Below, piece after piece: positions 11,912 through 25,878 of a DNA stretch of 64,000 bases (its first letter is position 1; each line of letters opens with the position of its first letter). The DNA lies in assembly GCA_964188305.1 (NCBI GenBank), contig OZ076885.1; one strand, given 5' to 3'. The notes beneath the pieces are model-generated. The model had not been told where the DNA came from, ran no database searches, and saw only the letters and a list, made by a program, of their open reading frames with translations. The position numbers and the translations under genes are program-made. The stretch comes from Podarcis bocagei (lineage: Eukaryota).

Positions 11912-12320
11912 CATACCTTCCAATATTTCTCTGATGAAAACAGGGACGTCCTAATCAATAACAATAACAATGACAATTTTACTATTTATACCCCGTCCAT
12001 CTGACTGTGTTACCCCAGCCACTCTGAACGGCTTCCAACATTTATAAGACAAACAACACATTAAAAAACTTCCCTATATAGGGCTCCCTTTAGATGTCTT
12101 CTAAAGATTGTACAGTTACTTATCTCCTTGGCTTGGAGGTCGCATAACTCCATACCCTCCAATGAAAATAGGAATGTCCTACCATACCCACCAACATGTC
12201 TCTAATGAAAATAGGGACATCTTTAGGAAAAGGGGGACATTTCAGGATCAAATCAGAAACTGGGACAGCTTCTGTAAATCCGGGACTGTCCCAGGAAAAT
12301 AGGGGTACTTGGAGGATCTG
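11912..12320. mobile_element. Composite MITE-like repeat (ataccctccaa..gatgaaaatagggac family) enclosing an L2-like 3' tail
   Basis: Family motif at 11912, 12152 and 12184 flanks tttataccccgtccatctgactg..gccactctg, homologous to 46580-46720. Confidence 0.6.
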
Positions 12321-13356
12321 CAAACCCACTTTTTAAAACAGACTTTTCACGGTAAGGATATTGTGTGACAATGCACAAGAAAGTGTGGGATAACAATCGA
12401 TTGGTGGGAAGTCACGTAACCTCTGAGCAAACCACTCAGAATGAATACTCAGTAAACAGCAATGACTTCTGTGCAAGCTTACTGCAAGCAAATGAAGCTA
12501 AATGTTCAATAAACAACTCATCTGGAGGCACCACAGAACACAAACCTCAAAACATATATTTATCTAGAGAAACCTTCACTGGGAAAAATTTATTATCTTC
12601 CACTATTAATGCCTTGGCATGGGTGACATCTATCATTATCATCAGATAATATTTTCAGGTTATATATATATTCTATGCACCGCATGTTACAAGGGATACT
12701 GTGGGACAGGGACCGCTAGCCTGGTAGTGTGAAATAAACATTATGTAAAGTAAAGTAAATGTACTAAATAGCGGTAGGCCACGACAAATTTATACAAATA
12801 CATAAACATTGCATAGTAATGCAGAATTACAGCACCGTTGGTATGCTCAGCACAATTTAGAATCTGCAAGCATCCATATATGCTCTCCAATGCAATCTCT
12901 CCCATTTTAAACAATTCGAGGTGAACTGATTTTGTCCCCTGAACTTGATTTTCCAGTGGCAGCCTACTATCAGCCATCCATCTATCTTCAACATCCAGGT
13001 AATACTTCTTTATTACATTGATCAATCTATCTATATCTTTACTCGTAGCTAGAAGAAATGGCATTGTATTGCACTAAAATAAAGCAACAATCTTCTGCTA
13101 GCATTGACAGTCCCCCTTGATAATATAAAGTTCACTATCTCTAGTTAAATGAAAACATAACAAGGGTAGACAGATAAAAAGAGCTTTGATCGTGTTCAGG
13201 CACAATGGAGAAGGGAGCAGCAGAAGGAAGGTTTGAAGTTCAGAATGAACCAATTGCTGGTCCAAATGATGAGCAATAGTTCCACCATCAGACTTCTACC
13301 CAAGCTGCTAATTCAGATGTAGCAATGCTTAGAGCCTCCTGCCCCACAATCACAGT

Positions 13357-13525
13357 CAGTGGCGTAGCATGGGTTGTCAGCACCCGGGGCAAGGCAAGTA
13401 ATTTGCGCCCCCTAACCTGTGGATTTGCGCCCCCTAACCCGTGGATTTGCGCCCCCTAACCCGAACCCCCAGATGTTGCGCCCGGTGCAGCCGGCCCCCC
13501 CTGCACCCCCCACGCTACGCCACTG
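13357..13525. mobile_element. Young hAT MITE with internal 22-bp tandem repeat
   Basis: TIR cagtggcgtagc / gctacgccactg; perfect 8-bp TSD atcacagt; internal gtggatttgcgccccctaacc x ~3. Confidence 0.92.
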
Positions 13526-13775
13526 ATCACAGTGGAAGTGCATTTGCATTAACCTCACTTGCTAAAGTGGAGTGACATCTGCTCTTATTTAGGATCCTGG
13601 GCTTGGTTTGAAATGCTTTGCTTTTCTCCTAGAAAACAGGTTGGTTTGCATCTGAGCACATTTTGCCCTCAGATACATAAGATATGGGGTTTATTTCCTT
13701 TTTTTATTTATGAAATTATTGCTCTGACTCAATAGAGGAGGCAGTTGAGACAATCAGTGCTAAGAAATATTAAAT

Positions 13776-14091
13776 CAGGGGTCAGCAAGCTTTTTCAGCA
13801 GGGGGCTGGTCCCTCAGACCTTGTGGGGGCCGGACTATATTTTGAAAAAAAACCAAACGAACGAATTCCTATGTCCCACAAAAAACCCAGAGATGCATTT
13901 TAAATAAAAACACACATTCTACTCATGTAAAAACACCAGGCAGGGCCCACAAATAACCCAGAGACGCATTTTAAATAAAAGGGCATATTCTACTCATGTA
14001 AAAACATGCTGATTCCCGGACCGTCCGCGAGCCGGATTTAGAAGGTGATAGGGCCGGCCCCAACCCCCGGGCCTTAGTTTGCCTACCCATG
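13776..14091. mobile_element. hAT-family non-autonomous element with internal ~60-bp duplication
   Basis: caggggtcagcaa ... ttgcctacccatg; TSD tattaaat / tattaagt; ccacaaa..cccagaga..ttctactcatgtaaaaaca occurs twice. Confidence 0.8.
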
Positions 14092-14254
14092 TATTAAGTA
14101 ATATATAGTGGGTGCATCATCTCAGTTCTGCAGGATCAAAGCCATTGCCACTAACAGCAGTTCTAGACCTTGCTGCACGGTTGTAGCAAAATGCAATAAC
14201 AAAAAGAAAGCACCATTAAGACTCGTCTGAAAAAGCCTAGAATAAAAGGTAAGA

Positions 14255-14383
14255 AGAGCATGAGACTCCTAATCTCAGGATTGTGAGTTCAAGCTCTATG
14301 TTGAGCAAAATATTCCTATATTGCAGGGGGTTGGACTAGATGACCCTCGTGGTCCCATCCAATTCTATGATTCTAAGATTCTA
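14255..14383 (+). mobile_element. Short tRNA-Lys-derived SINE with CR1-like tail
   Basis: agagcatgagactcctaatctcagg.. head; gttggactagatgaccctc..ttctatgattcta tail. Confidence 0.75.
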
Positions 14384-15354
14384 AGTAGCTGTATTAATAC
14401 AAGTGGTGATGAGCATTGAGAGCAAGCAAGAACAAGCAATATCAGTTTGAAAGGTTTGTGCTGATTTGGCCCCAGGTCTAAACTAGTACCGGGAAAATGA
14501 GATGTAATCGAGCTGAGAATCTGTCTGCCTGCTGACAATAAAGATTCATAAAAGCAGAGATATATTTGGGGTGAGTTACACTGCCCCACCATGCCCTTAT
14601 ATTGAAGTCTCTTTCAGCAGCTGCTTAGATAATAAGCAGTTTATATAACATCAGTTAAGAAAATACATTTTGACAGTAAAAATAGATAAAAGAATAAGTA
14701 GCAATTCAGTCTCAAAAATTTGTTAAGCGTGCAGGTAATGCACCTCAATACAGCAACCTAAAAGCCCAAATGGAAAGTCTTCAATAATCTTCCATAAACT
14801 GTGAGGGGATTTGCCAGGTACTCTACTCTAAGGAGCGAGTGTCAAAGAAAGGAACACCCCCACACAGAGAAAGCCCACCGTCCATCTGACCTTGACCATA
14901 ATTACATGAACGAAGGAACACATTATAGAGAAAGCTCTGGAGATTGCAGTGCATGGGGGAGAACATATGGGAGAATGTTCCTTCAGATAATCTGGGCCTA
15001 GGCCATTATTAGCATTGGCATCCACTGGCCGCCTTTACCCAGCTAGCCCGTTTGTTGACAGATGCTCTGTTGATCAGGGACAGTTGAATGCCCCTCCAAG
15101 GGTTGTGACATTTCTGAATGCACTCCAGAAGCAAGAGAGCTACATCAAAACACTTATAATTTCTACAGGCCTTTCCCCAAAATGCTTCATGCACAAACTC
15201 AAAAATCCTGTATTATTATTATCATCATTTATAAAGATTCTGGAGAGGCGGGGGGAATGGATTGTGGCTTGTTTAAAGCCAACCAGTGAGTTTACAATTC
15301 TGCTGAGTTTTGAACCATTCCTTCCACGGAACAGCCTTTGATAGCACTACTCAC

Positions 15355-15409
15355 CCCACATCCCCACCAACGTCAATGGGACAAAGGCTAGAAGATGATT
15401 GAATTTCAT
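15355..15409 (-). CDS. CD5: CD5 exon 1 (signal peptide MKFNHLLAFVPLTLVGMW+G)
   Basis: ATG at 15409, hydrophobic leader, 55 nt coding, strong donor G|GTGAGT at 15354, phase 1; joins in frame to 4640. An in-frame upstream ATG at 15427 (MRRNVP-) is an alternative start. Confidence 0.85.
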
Positions 15410-15670
15410 CGGCACGTTCCTCCTCATCCGACAATATACAGGCAGCACTTTCGTGTTCCTGCCCTGATGCTTCTCTGCTACCTGCTCTAGGCAAAGGGAG
15501 GGGTTGGGGAGGAAGGCAGTGTACTTTCTCCCCGTCCTGATGTGGTTTTTCTGCGTCATGTCTCAGCTGCTTAAACTGTGCTTTCTGTACCAGTCTTCTC
15601 TCTTTATCCTTCAGAGACCTAGAGCTGCTCCCCAGCCTCCCCAGAATCTTTATAAATCTTTATAAAACAC
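15410..15670 (-). promoter_or_regulatory. Putative CD5 proximal promoter/5'UTR
   Basis: Directly upstream of the CD5 ATG. RUNX TGTGGTT 15541-15547, CRE/AP-1-like TGCGTCA 15552-15558, several GGAA cores. TSS cannot be determined from sequence. Confidence 0.45.
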
Positions 15671-16694
15671 CTGGCCACAAAAAATACAACAATAATACTA
15701 ATAATAATCCCCACTTGCTTCTGCATAGAATTGGGTGATCTGTCAATTTCAGTTTCTCTCGGTTTCTCCTTTTTTCAGCATTACGTCTCCACATTTCCGT
15801 ATCCGTTTGCGATACTTTTAAAATTCCCCCTAAGATGCACTTTCTTCGCATGCAGTTTTGCCTGAAATAAACTTACTTTTTTTTGGCAAACAATCTCCCC
15901 TAATGTAATGCGCGTGTGTATTCACTAACATTAATTTGTATGCCTACTTTCCCCTAATACGGTATACCCATTTTTGTACACATTATTTGGTTGAAGAACT
16001 GCGCCACATAATTGGGAGAAGTGTGCCTTTTGAAAGACAACTGTGTTTCTGTTTGTGTGTTACTTTGGAAAGTGAAGATTAGGCCATTTGCATTAGAAGT
16101 TGAAATGGATACTATTTCTCGCCACCTCTGCTTCCACAGCAGGCACTGGAACCGACGGAGGGAGTCTCTCAAAGTAGAGTGAGGGGACAGAGAGAGTGAC
16201 AGAGAAACACCCATGCCATATAACTTACTGCTTATCCTCAAAAGCAGAGGTACTACCCTGGTCTGGAAGGAACTCCTTTTGAGAAGTTTGGTGTCGAGGA
16301 CTGAGGGGTGGAAGGTGTTTGGCAATCCTCTTTGGTGTTAACTTGAGGCCCCACTGAGTATGTAATAGAATCTGGCAAAGCTTCCATCCTGCCACACAGC
16401 AATAAATTCAATTGGCCACTTTTCGCTAGCATAGCAGTGTGGTGCTGCTAGGTGACCATCTAACAGATAAACCAAGGGGAAATGCAGGCTGCTCACTAAT
16501 TCTGGTTGCCATGGAAACTAGTCAGATTTAGGATCACTGGCTGGCTAGTAATTTTAAAATTCTAGTACCTGCATGGAGTCTGAGTGGTTTTTGCTAGATG
16601 TGCAGGCACAGCCCAGTGCAAAAGCAGTCTGTAAACAACTGTTGCAGAATCGTTATTAATCACCTGTGTTCACGAGCATACCATCTGCACAGCC

Positions 16695-17470
16695 TTGACA
16701 CCACACTCCGATGACGCTCTACAGAGACTCCTCAACTGTTTTGCACAAGCCTGCAGGGAGTTTGGCCTTAACCGTCAGCCTGACGAAGACCAACATCACG
16801 TCAGCACTCCACGCACCAGCTCTGGTGACCACACACTTGAAGTGGTACATGATTTGTCTACCTGGGCTCCACCCTAACCAGCAGCCCCTCCATTGACGCT
16901 GAGCTGGACAAGCGTATTGGCAAGGCAGCCACGGCAATGGCTCACCTCTCCAAAAGGGTATGGGAGAATGTGATGCTAACATCCAATACCAAGATGAAGG
17001 TCTGCTAGGCTTGTGTGTTGAAGACTCTGCTTTGTGGTAGTGAGACGTGGGCAACTTACGACCACCTCAAGCGACACCTCTAAGTCTTCCACATGCGCTA
17101 TGTCAGGAAGATTTTGGGCATCACATGGCAGGACAGAGTCTCAACAAAGATGTGTTCTCCCAAGCCCACATTCCCAGCATGTTCACACGTCTCTCTCTGC
17201 GATGTCTACGCTGGCTTGGTCATGTCCACAGAATGGAAGATGGCAGGATCCCCAAAGATGTGCTCTATGGGGAGCTGGCTTCAGGCACCAGGCCTGTTGG
17301 CAGACCAACTCCATGTTACAAAGTGGCATGGAGCCTGGCAACATCAACACAACTAGACGCTTCATCTGCAACAAAAGATGTCTCTCCTGTATCTGCTTCT
17401 ACAGCCACAGCAGGCACTATAATCTTCCAACAGTTTGACTTCACTCCCAAAGGTGCACTCCTCTATTGTC
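16695..17470 (+). mobile_element. RTE-clade LINE fragment (decayed RT C-terminus)
   Basis: Frameshifted peptides ALQRLLNCFAQACREFGL, RIGKAA, RKILGITWQDRV and LRWLGHVHRMEDGRIPKDVLYGELASGTRPVGRP. Confidence 0.9.
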
Positions 17471-20400
17471 TCCCAACCAACCTTGCACATACCATCTGCA
17501 CATGACATCAGGCAGGCCCTCAAGTATCACAGTCCCAGAGTACAACTGTGCCACATCTGGACATGAGGAAATAATACATTGTGAGCAGAGCAGATAGCTC
17601 AAAGAAGGGAGCCAAGCAACATACTCAGGTCAAGTCGCACATATATATGTTTATGGAATTGTGTATATATAAGATATTCTAGGAAATATTTACCCGTTTT
17701 ATAGAAGGGTAACAGTGAGGCTGAAAGGGTCCCAAGGGCAATGAATGACTCTGTAGCATAGCAGATATCACATAGAGCAGGCTTCTTTCCTTGGGCAGCC
17801 TTCTTGCTTTTATTATTGGTTGTTAGCTGCCCTGAGCCCAGGCTTGGCTGGGGAGGGCGGGCTATAAATAAAATTAATTTCTTCTTCTTCTCCTCCTCCT
17901 CATGCCACTTCTGCTCATCCTTTCACTCCAGCCCCTAACTGCACAGAGGGAGTCCTCTGCATGTACAGCAATGTATGTGGATTGGCTCCAAGTTTACAAT
18001 CAGCTGTGGTGTGGAGGTGCCCATTAATCTCCGGTACCTCTTTCTGAAAGAAGCTGAGAAGGTCCTACCTGACAGGCAAGGAGATGGTCCTGCCTGAGTG
18101 GAGGGAGAAAGCCTTCTGAGCTGGAAGACCGGAAAGAAGAATGGGTAGCTCCCCAGAGACCCCACCAGAGTCCGCTGGCTCTAGAGGAACAGTTGTTTAA
18201 GGGAAGGCTGCCAACTGAGCCCAGCACCTGAAACAGCAGCACTCAAGCCTTTGAACCAAATATATCTATGTGTGTTAAAAGGAACTGGAAACAGATCAGA
18301 GCAGGTGTAGCCAATGCAATGCTCTCCAGGTGTTGTTGGCCTGCAAATCCCATCAGTCCCGGCCAGCATGGTGAATAGGATCATGGGGGTTGTAGTCTAC
18401 CAACATCTGGAAGGCATCACCATGGCTACCTGACTTAGACTGTCTGCAATAAAATGTTGCAGTGTGGAGTGCTCCTCTTTAGTAGTCCAGCCAATCAGCC
18501 ATGCCTCCTTCCAGGATACTCCATTCCATTCCCTCCTCCTTTGGGTTTTCTGTTTTCTTTCTTTCCCACCTCAATAGTCAGGAGTCTGTTGAAGTGAGCA
18601 TGTTCAACCATCGCTGGCCTGATTTGGTCCCCCCCCCTCCAGCCCCCCCCATAAGTTTCTTTGTCCTTCTGCAAACCTTGAAATTACCCCAAACTCACTG
18701 AAGCCTTCCTTTCTTGTGGATGGTGCCATCTTGGCTACATAAGGCTCGGCAACTGCCTTTGAACATTGCAAATAGAGGGCATTAGGATGATGATAACCTG
18801 ATTTATATGCTTCATGCTGAACTGGTTTAGCTGCTAGCAGTAATTTTAGTTTCTCCATGCCATGCATGTTATTTGTTCTTTAACCACTGAATTACTGTAT
18901 CCGTGCCTGTTCATTGACTTCTTGATTCCTTAGCTCCACAATAAAACATCCGGAAGCGTGTTAGCTTTTGGCTGAAACCCACACTGTCAAGCTTTCAACA
19001 CCCATCCAGTGAAGTATTGTAAAGGAGGTACTACATTATAATAGGTCAGTATTTTCATGATGTAGACTCCTCTAGAGTCAATGGGGCATGTCTCGCCTGG
19101 CAGGTGCTCGTGGTCTACAGCTATTACAGTTCATGTTTGCTTAACACCAGCTTGATATCTGGCAAATAATATCCACAAAGGAGGCAGCCTGAGCAATAAC
19201 ATTGATGTGGTTGTTGCATAAAACTAGGCCTTGCCTGACAGAAATAACTGCCTTTGTTTCAATAATAGCCTACCACTTCCTGTGCCTGTTTTGGGTTTCT
19301 GACAATTCCCCCCCCCTTCATTTTTGGCTCCTTCTATATTTACTCTCTTGTTATCTCTGTCTGTGGTCTCTGTTTGAGGTGAGAAAGTTTTCTGCTCTGA
19401 GCGACAGGAAATTTGCAGGCAACACTCAGTTGGGGGCAGGTTACCTTCCCGCCCAACGGTGCAGAGCTGACAGGAGGCTCATACACCCAGCAGCCTCTCT
19501 CTGTCTCTCATCAGGAAGGTGAAGCTGCAAATGCATGCATGAAAATCAAAACTGTTATCAGCACAAAGCTGCATACAGAGTCTAGGCCATTGCTGAAACG
19601 ATGTGCAGCAGCTGGGTTAGCTTAATCTTGATAATAACACGCTAAGCCCTGCAATTCAGCTCTTGAAAGGTCACCGGGGCGTTGCTGCTGACATCCCTTT
19701 CAAGTTATTGTTGCCTTAGATGCAATCAAAGTTCCTATCCTGTTCAAAGCCTGACTCAAAGAAGTGAGCCTCAGATAGTGGAGGATCATGGGACCATCTT
19801 GAGAGTTGGTGTTTCTGGAAAAGCTTGAAGATTTTATTAAACACAACAGGCTCTGTCATATCCATCCGTCCACAGAACATGTAGAAGCATACCCATGGTG
19901 CCATCTTAGAAGCTGGTAAGATTAGAGCCCAAGAGTGGCATATTTTGGGAAACAGTTGTGTAACATTGATCTTGCCTGTATTGTCCTCAGAATTCATCAC
20001 CTGTGGTGGAACAGCCTGAAATTTACAGGCTGAAGAGGGACACATCAGAAGCAGCATCACCGTTTCATTTATTGTTTGTTTATTGCATTTATACCCCACA
20101 TTTTCTCCAAGGAGCTCAAGATGCTGGTTCTCATCCATCTCATTTAATGCCCACAGCAACCCTGTGAGGTAGGGTAGATTAGATTAAGAGGAATATACTG
20201 GCCCCCAAGGACACTCAGTGAGCTTCATGGATTTGAACTCAGGTCACCCCAAGCATCAGATTTTTGACCATAACAATGGCACCCCTCACCCAAAGGATCC
20301 TGGGAAATGTAGTTTATCCCTCACAGAACTAAAATTCACAGCACTTTTAGCGAACTAGGGTTCCTAGGATTCTTTGGAGGAAGCCAAGAGCTTTACAAGT

Positions 20401-20745
20401 GTGGTATGGATGTGACCTCATTGTCTCCTGAAGCAGTTCATGTCAGTACAAAAGGAAAGGCAGGCAAACCAATGCAGCTAAAAGACACAGAAGGGAAGGA
20501 GAAGGGAAGGAAAACGTAGAGTGGAGGGTCCTTAAAGGTCAGAACAAAGGTCAGAACAGCATGATCTCCAGTTGGGGCCAGGTTGATCTTCCCTTGCTGG
20601 TGATCTTCCTTGAATAGCAACTGGTGGCTTGTTTTCCTTTGGCCAATAGATATATTGGCCAATAGATATATTAGGAAGGATATCCTAGTTGTCAGAAAAC
20701 AACTTAAGGTCTTTGGGCATCTTAAAGCTGAATTATTATCATTAC

Positions 20746-21090
20746 GGCATAAACATTCATGGACTCTAGTCTACTTCATCAGATGCCTGAAGTGTAACTT
20801 ACACCGGAAATCATGGGGCATGGGCGTGTTTGGGATGGGTGAAGAGACGTGAGATCAGAACAAAGTACAATTCAAAAAGAAGAGGCGATTACCTAAAAGC
20901 AAAATAATTACCGTGACCAATTAACAAGGCAGTGCTGGAGATAACACAAACATCCTGGCCTTGGTCAGCTAATTAACATATATAGTGTGATAAAAAAATA
21001 ATCCATAATCATTATTGATTAAAGCTGCAGGGGAGCTTGAATCAGTTACCTGGTAAATTCTAATTCAGCGCTTTCATACTGGAGTTTCCC
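20746..21090 (-). mobile_element. Possible Penelope-like element fragment
   Basis: ggcataaac..tggact..cacttcatcagatgc-type terminus recognised by eye only; decayed. Confidence 0.4.
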
Positions 21091-23075
21091 TTTCCCTCAC
21101 GGAGCTACAATTCCCATAGTTCTCTGGGGAGAGGGACTGTTACACCACTCAGAATTGCAGCTCTGTGAGGGGGAATACAGATCTCCTGACAACTCTCAGC
21201 ACCCTTAACAAACTACAGTTCCCAGGATTTTGGGGGCGGCGGGGCGGACTGACTGTTCAATGTGGTATAATATTACTTGAAATGTATAGTGCAGATGGAG
21301 CCAAACTGCTAAATTGAATACAGTACCTACCTTAAAAACGGTAGTTACTGCCAGTGGCTCTTTGACGCAGCAAGTCTTTCCAGATATTTTACTGCCTTTT
21401 CTCTTCTACTTTTACTAGGTTGGTGGGTTTGTTTGTTTGTTGTTGTTGTTGGTATTTGTACCTAAACATTTATATTTACAAAATACACCGATTCACAGAT
21501 CATAAAAATATACAGTACTATGCATATAAGTCGTAACTACTTTCAGTGGGGTTTACCCCTAGTAAGTGCGTGCATAGGATTGCAGTGTTGGTGCCACCCA
21601 CCTACAGAGACACAGTGCTTCCCTCCCCCTCTATTTCCAACTGTCTCACTCTCAGGAATGGCCAAGGCATTCTGGGTGAGATGGCCAGGAAACCTCCTGT
21701 GCTGTGGTTTGCCATGGTAGTTAATAATGCAGTTTAAACGTAGAATAAATTGTAATGGGGGGAGGAGGAGGAGGAGGGGATGGCAACAAGAGAAAGGAGG
21801 ACTGAAGCAGAAGGAGGAGGAGTGGCGGGTAGAAACAGCACAGCTGCCTGCCTTAGGCGGCAGAATCTCTTGCACCAGCCCTGAGCTTGAGCTGTTGATA
21901 GTTTAATTATTTCCTGTGACACAAAAGGAAATTTGTTTGTGTGAGCCTTGCATGTTTTACATGCAGAACAGAAGAAGAGGTCACGAGCTGCCGACTGATT
22001 CCCCAGATGGAGAAACAAAGTGAGAGTTTGCTGTTGATCTGTCAGCAAGGGTGCTTTGTGATATGCAGATGCTCAGAGCTGCCTCTGGCTCCCAGTGCCT
22101 GAGCAGATGGGAAATGGCATCTCTGAGGGATTCCAGTGAGGCAAATTACATTTGGATGTTGCAGGCTGGCGATCTGAGCCTCTCTGTTTCCCTTCCTTAG
22201 CTTCAGATTCCTCCATCAAAGCAAATTGGGCTGCAACCCTGACAGCAGCTTCCCCCATGGCTGATTTATCACAGTTGAGGGAAACTGTGTGTGTGTTGTG
22301 GAGAGCTCTCTCAAGGGAATGATCCCAAGAAACACAGAACCCTCTCCACTCCACAAAGCTGGGATGAGGAACCTGTGGCCTTGGCCTAATTTCACAAGGC
22401 TCTAATTCCATGTAGTGCACAAAGATGGGCCAGCAGAGAGAGAATGAGGCCTTGTTAGCATGCCACATCAAGCTAAGATATGGCGTACTAGAACTGCATG
22501 GACTTGTGGGCTTCCATACCCCAGCCATCTTATTCCTGTGTCACGCCAAGCTAATGTTGTAGTCAGTTATGAGTACTGGGAATTGTAGCTCTGCAGGTGT
22601 GAAACTACAGTTCCCTGGATTCTTTCAAGGGGATGTAATGAGCTTCAAATGCGCGTTGAATGTCCTTTAAATATAGGATGTGGCTGTGCCCTAAGTTTTG
22701 CATCAGGGCAACAGCAGAAAACACCATTTTATTTCTGTAGTCATGATGGTGACAAAAGCTCAGTACTGTAGTTTAAAATGTGAAACTAATTCCACTTGCC
22801 CAGCAATCTTTCCTCTCCTCTCCTCTCCTCTCCTCTCCTCTCTCATATCAGGGTTGGCAAACTGTTTTTTTGTTATTGCTGTAATGTATCAGAAATGTAG
22901 AAGCTTTAAGTGTGGAATGGCAGAGGAAGAAGAGAAATATTGTGTGCTTTACAGCAGAATGTAAGCAGCTGGCCATTGAAAGCCCCACCAAGCACTGTTA
23001 TTAAGTCAAAATTCTAAAATTACCTAGCAGCTTGGCGATGGGTATGGTTCTGATAAATTCTACTGTTTCCATGTA

Positions 23076-23281
23076 ACCTGAAAGCTCCGGTTACGTAAAC
23101 TTCGGGATACGTAAGCGGCAAACCAGGAAGTATATTTCTGGGTTTTTGCCGTGCGCGCATGCACAGAAGCACTCTACCACCCCGTGTGTGCGTACGCAGA
23201 AGCGGTCCCTCCGGTTGCGGAAACCTCGGGATCCGACCAGAGCTCCGGAATGGATCCTGTCCGCAACTGGAGGTACCACTG
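23076..23281. mobile_element. Tigger-like MITE, 5' end truncated
   Basis: CpG-rich body ending gaggtaccactg|TA. Confidence 0.7.
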
Positions 23282-25643
23282 TATAGACAACCTGAGCCTA
23301 TGATGGAGGGGCTCATGGCATTAACACCCCAAGAAGTCCTTCCTTCTCCCATAGCTGCAGCCTTGGAGTCAGGCAGAAATCAAGCATGTCTCTCGTTCAC
23401 AGGCTTCAGCCTGCCTCCTGCTTCTAGCCCAGCTCTGTCACAGAACTCTGGTTTTTGTCCTTCTAACTACCAGCTGGTGGGGGGCAGTACCCATTTGTTC
23501 TCTGGCACAGAGTCACTTCTTTTGTTACCTGAATGACCCATGCTTAGGGGGCCACTACCAAGCTGGCCTGGCTATTCCACCAGTTGAATCCTTGCTGGAT
23601 CCAGGAATGAGAAGGGACTCAGGCATACAGCCTAATGCCCCCACAAACTCACAACAATATCCATGTATAACATTATTGGGAAAATTAATGTAATTCTCCT
23701 AAGCCCACCATGACACCCCCCCCCCACTTCATTGCTCATGCTACCTGCTTTATTTGAGACTCCTGCATTTCAGGGGCTTGCACTTGACCCTCGGGGTCCC
23801 TTCCATTTCTACTATTCCGTTATTCTGTTTCAAGGTTGTGCTCCACTTGCTGCCACCTTGGTCAGTCAAGTGGTCATTAAATACAGTTCCAGATAAATCC
23901 AAAGACCAACTAGGGGAAAATGAAATAATTAAGTTTAATTCAGGGGTTAAACTCCAGACAAACAAGAGTCCTGAACATTAAATACAGTAAATACATCACT
24001 GCCTGTCATGGATCTTATGTCATTACCTACACCCAGCTTAGATGGTCCTTACTCTTGGACATTGTATTTAGGGTTGCATTGTTATTGCCTAAGAGTTAAG
24101 GTAAACATCTGTTTTTATATTGGATTGTGTTTTATTGATCTGGTGCTCATAGAAATCTGAATCCATTTTTCAAAACCTTGCAATGCAGCCTCCTTCTGCT
24201 ACGTCGTGTTCATGGGGAACCTTTCTCAGCTGCTTCCGCTGTATTATTTGTGTGGCATTAAGTGGAATAATTTTTAACAGCCCCTTTATTCTATCCCTCC
24301 TGCATTCTCAAATAAGGTTTTCCTTTTCATTCCTTTGGCTGAAACTAAATTTAGAACCAGCTGCAGTGTTTCTAATGAAATCCAGTGGGGTCGCCAGGGC
24401 AACGGTTGATCATAAATCATTTCAATGACAGAAACCAAGGAAAAATCTAAATAGGCAGAAATATGTCCTATTTGTAGCCCAAACCTTCCTGTATTCAGTG
24501 GGGGAAGACTGTGCATTAAGGTCCCAATCCCTCAGTGCCTCTCTGGAGTTTCTTTCAAATCTTTGCCTCATATTGACCTGCAGACTTAGAGTAACATTTG
24601 TGGGTGCCAGATCTCCAGTGGGGGCTATCTAAGCAGCATTTGCTCTGCTTTGTTTGTAGGGATGTTAGATGATGTTACATGAAATCAAGAGTTATCCCAC
24701 ACTTTCCTGTGCATTTCCCTTATCACAGGAAGTCTGAGCCTTTGGGGAAGCAGGTTTGTTGTACAAGGCCTGCCAATCAACTATAATTGCCCAACCTGCA
24801 TTTGCAGGCATGAGCTGAATCACATTTGATTCTTTTACTCTGAATTGTGAGCTGGAATCATGTCAACCAAACAATCACCTGGTGCTGGTTTAATCCAAAG
24901 CCTTTTGGAGATTGCTCCACATGAAGAGCCATCCCAAATCGCAGAGGTCACAGAAATGGCTCCTAAGGCGTCGAAAGAGCATAGGAATCTCCCATGCTGA
25001 CATGGACTTTGTTGCCAGATGGAGGCAGACAGAGCTCTGCTGATTTACTGCTCTGTTTCCCAGTTAGTAATCAGCTCAGAGAGACAGACACATAATGACT
25101 GATGAGTGTTTGTGACACGGTTGACCTCATTGAATTTTCTGCATTGTTAAATTGCAGGCACGTTGCTAGCTCTGGGCCCTTGGGTGCACTTTATTGATCC
25201 TGTCAGCTCTTGGGGTGGGGAAAGTGGTTCATGCAATACAAACTGCACAAAGGGTCCTGGGGCTCTCAGGCAACAAAGTCGGCAGAATTGGAGCTAGGAG
25301 CAGATCAACTGACAAGCATACTTTTGGTCACAGAAGCGCATTTTCTAGAGAAGAGGACATGTTCTTCATCACAGCTTCTGCCAGGATGTGGATTCCTGCT
25401 GCTTCTGTATCTCTTGCAGCAATCTGCACTTATTCTGTACCATTTCTAAGGCTCAAGGCAGTCTATAATATTTCCTTAGTATATTTATCACTAAAGTCAC
25501 TATTATATTGTTACAGAGAGGAAATGGAGGCCAAACAGTACTGGGTTGCCCACTCATAAGCCCTTTCTTGTCATGACAAACTGGTTATTTAATTGCTGGT
25601 CAGTGCCGAGATTTTTAGCTTGATCTAGCTCTAGTTGCATGTA

Positions 25644-25878
25644 CAGTGGAACCTCGGTTTTCGGATGTAATCCATTCCGGAAGTCGTTTTCACTTCCGAA
25701 ATGTTCGAAAACCAAGGATCAGTGGACTGGCTGCAAAGTTAATGGGGAAAAAATGAAAAATGCATCTCAGAAGCCATTTGACTTCTGAGGTGTATTCAAA
25801 AACGGAAGCATTCACTTCCAGATTTCTGGCTTCCGAAACGTTTGGCAGCTGAGACGTTTGAAAACAGAGGTTTGACTG
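25644..25878. mobile_element. Tigger-like MITE (second subfamily)
   Basis: TA|cagtggaacctcgg ... gaggtttgactg|TA; homologous to 45726-45966. Confidence 0.8.

Noticed and set aside
12741-13064. 107-aa minus-strand ORF considered as an endogenous viral or novel gene
   Set aside because: No recognisable motif or splice sites. The plus strand gives decayed L1-like text (LSPEL..LLVARR), so it is more likely an old LINE remnant (low confidence).
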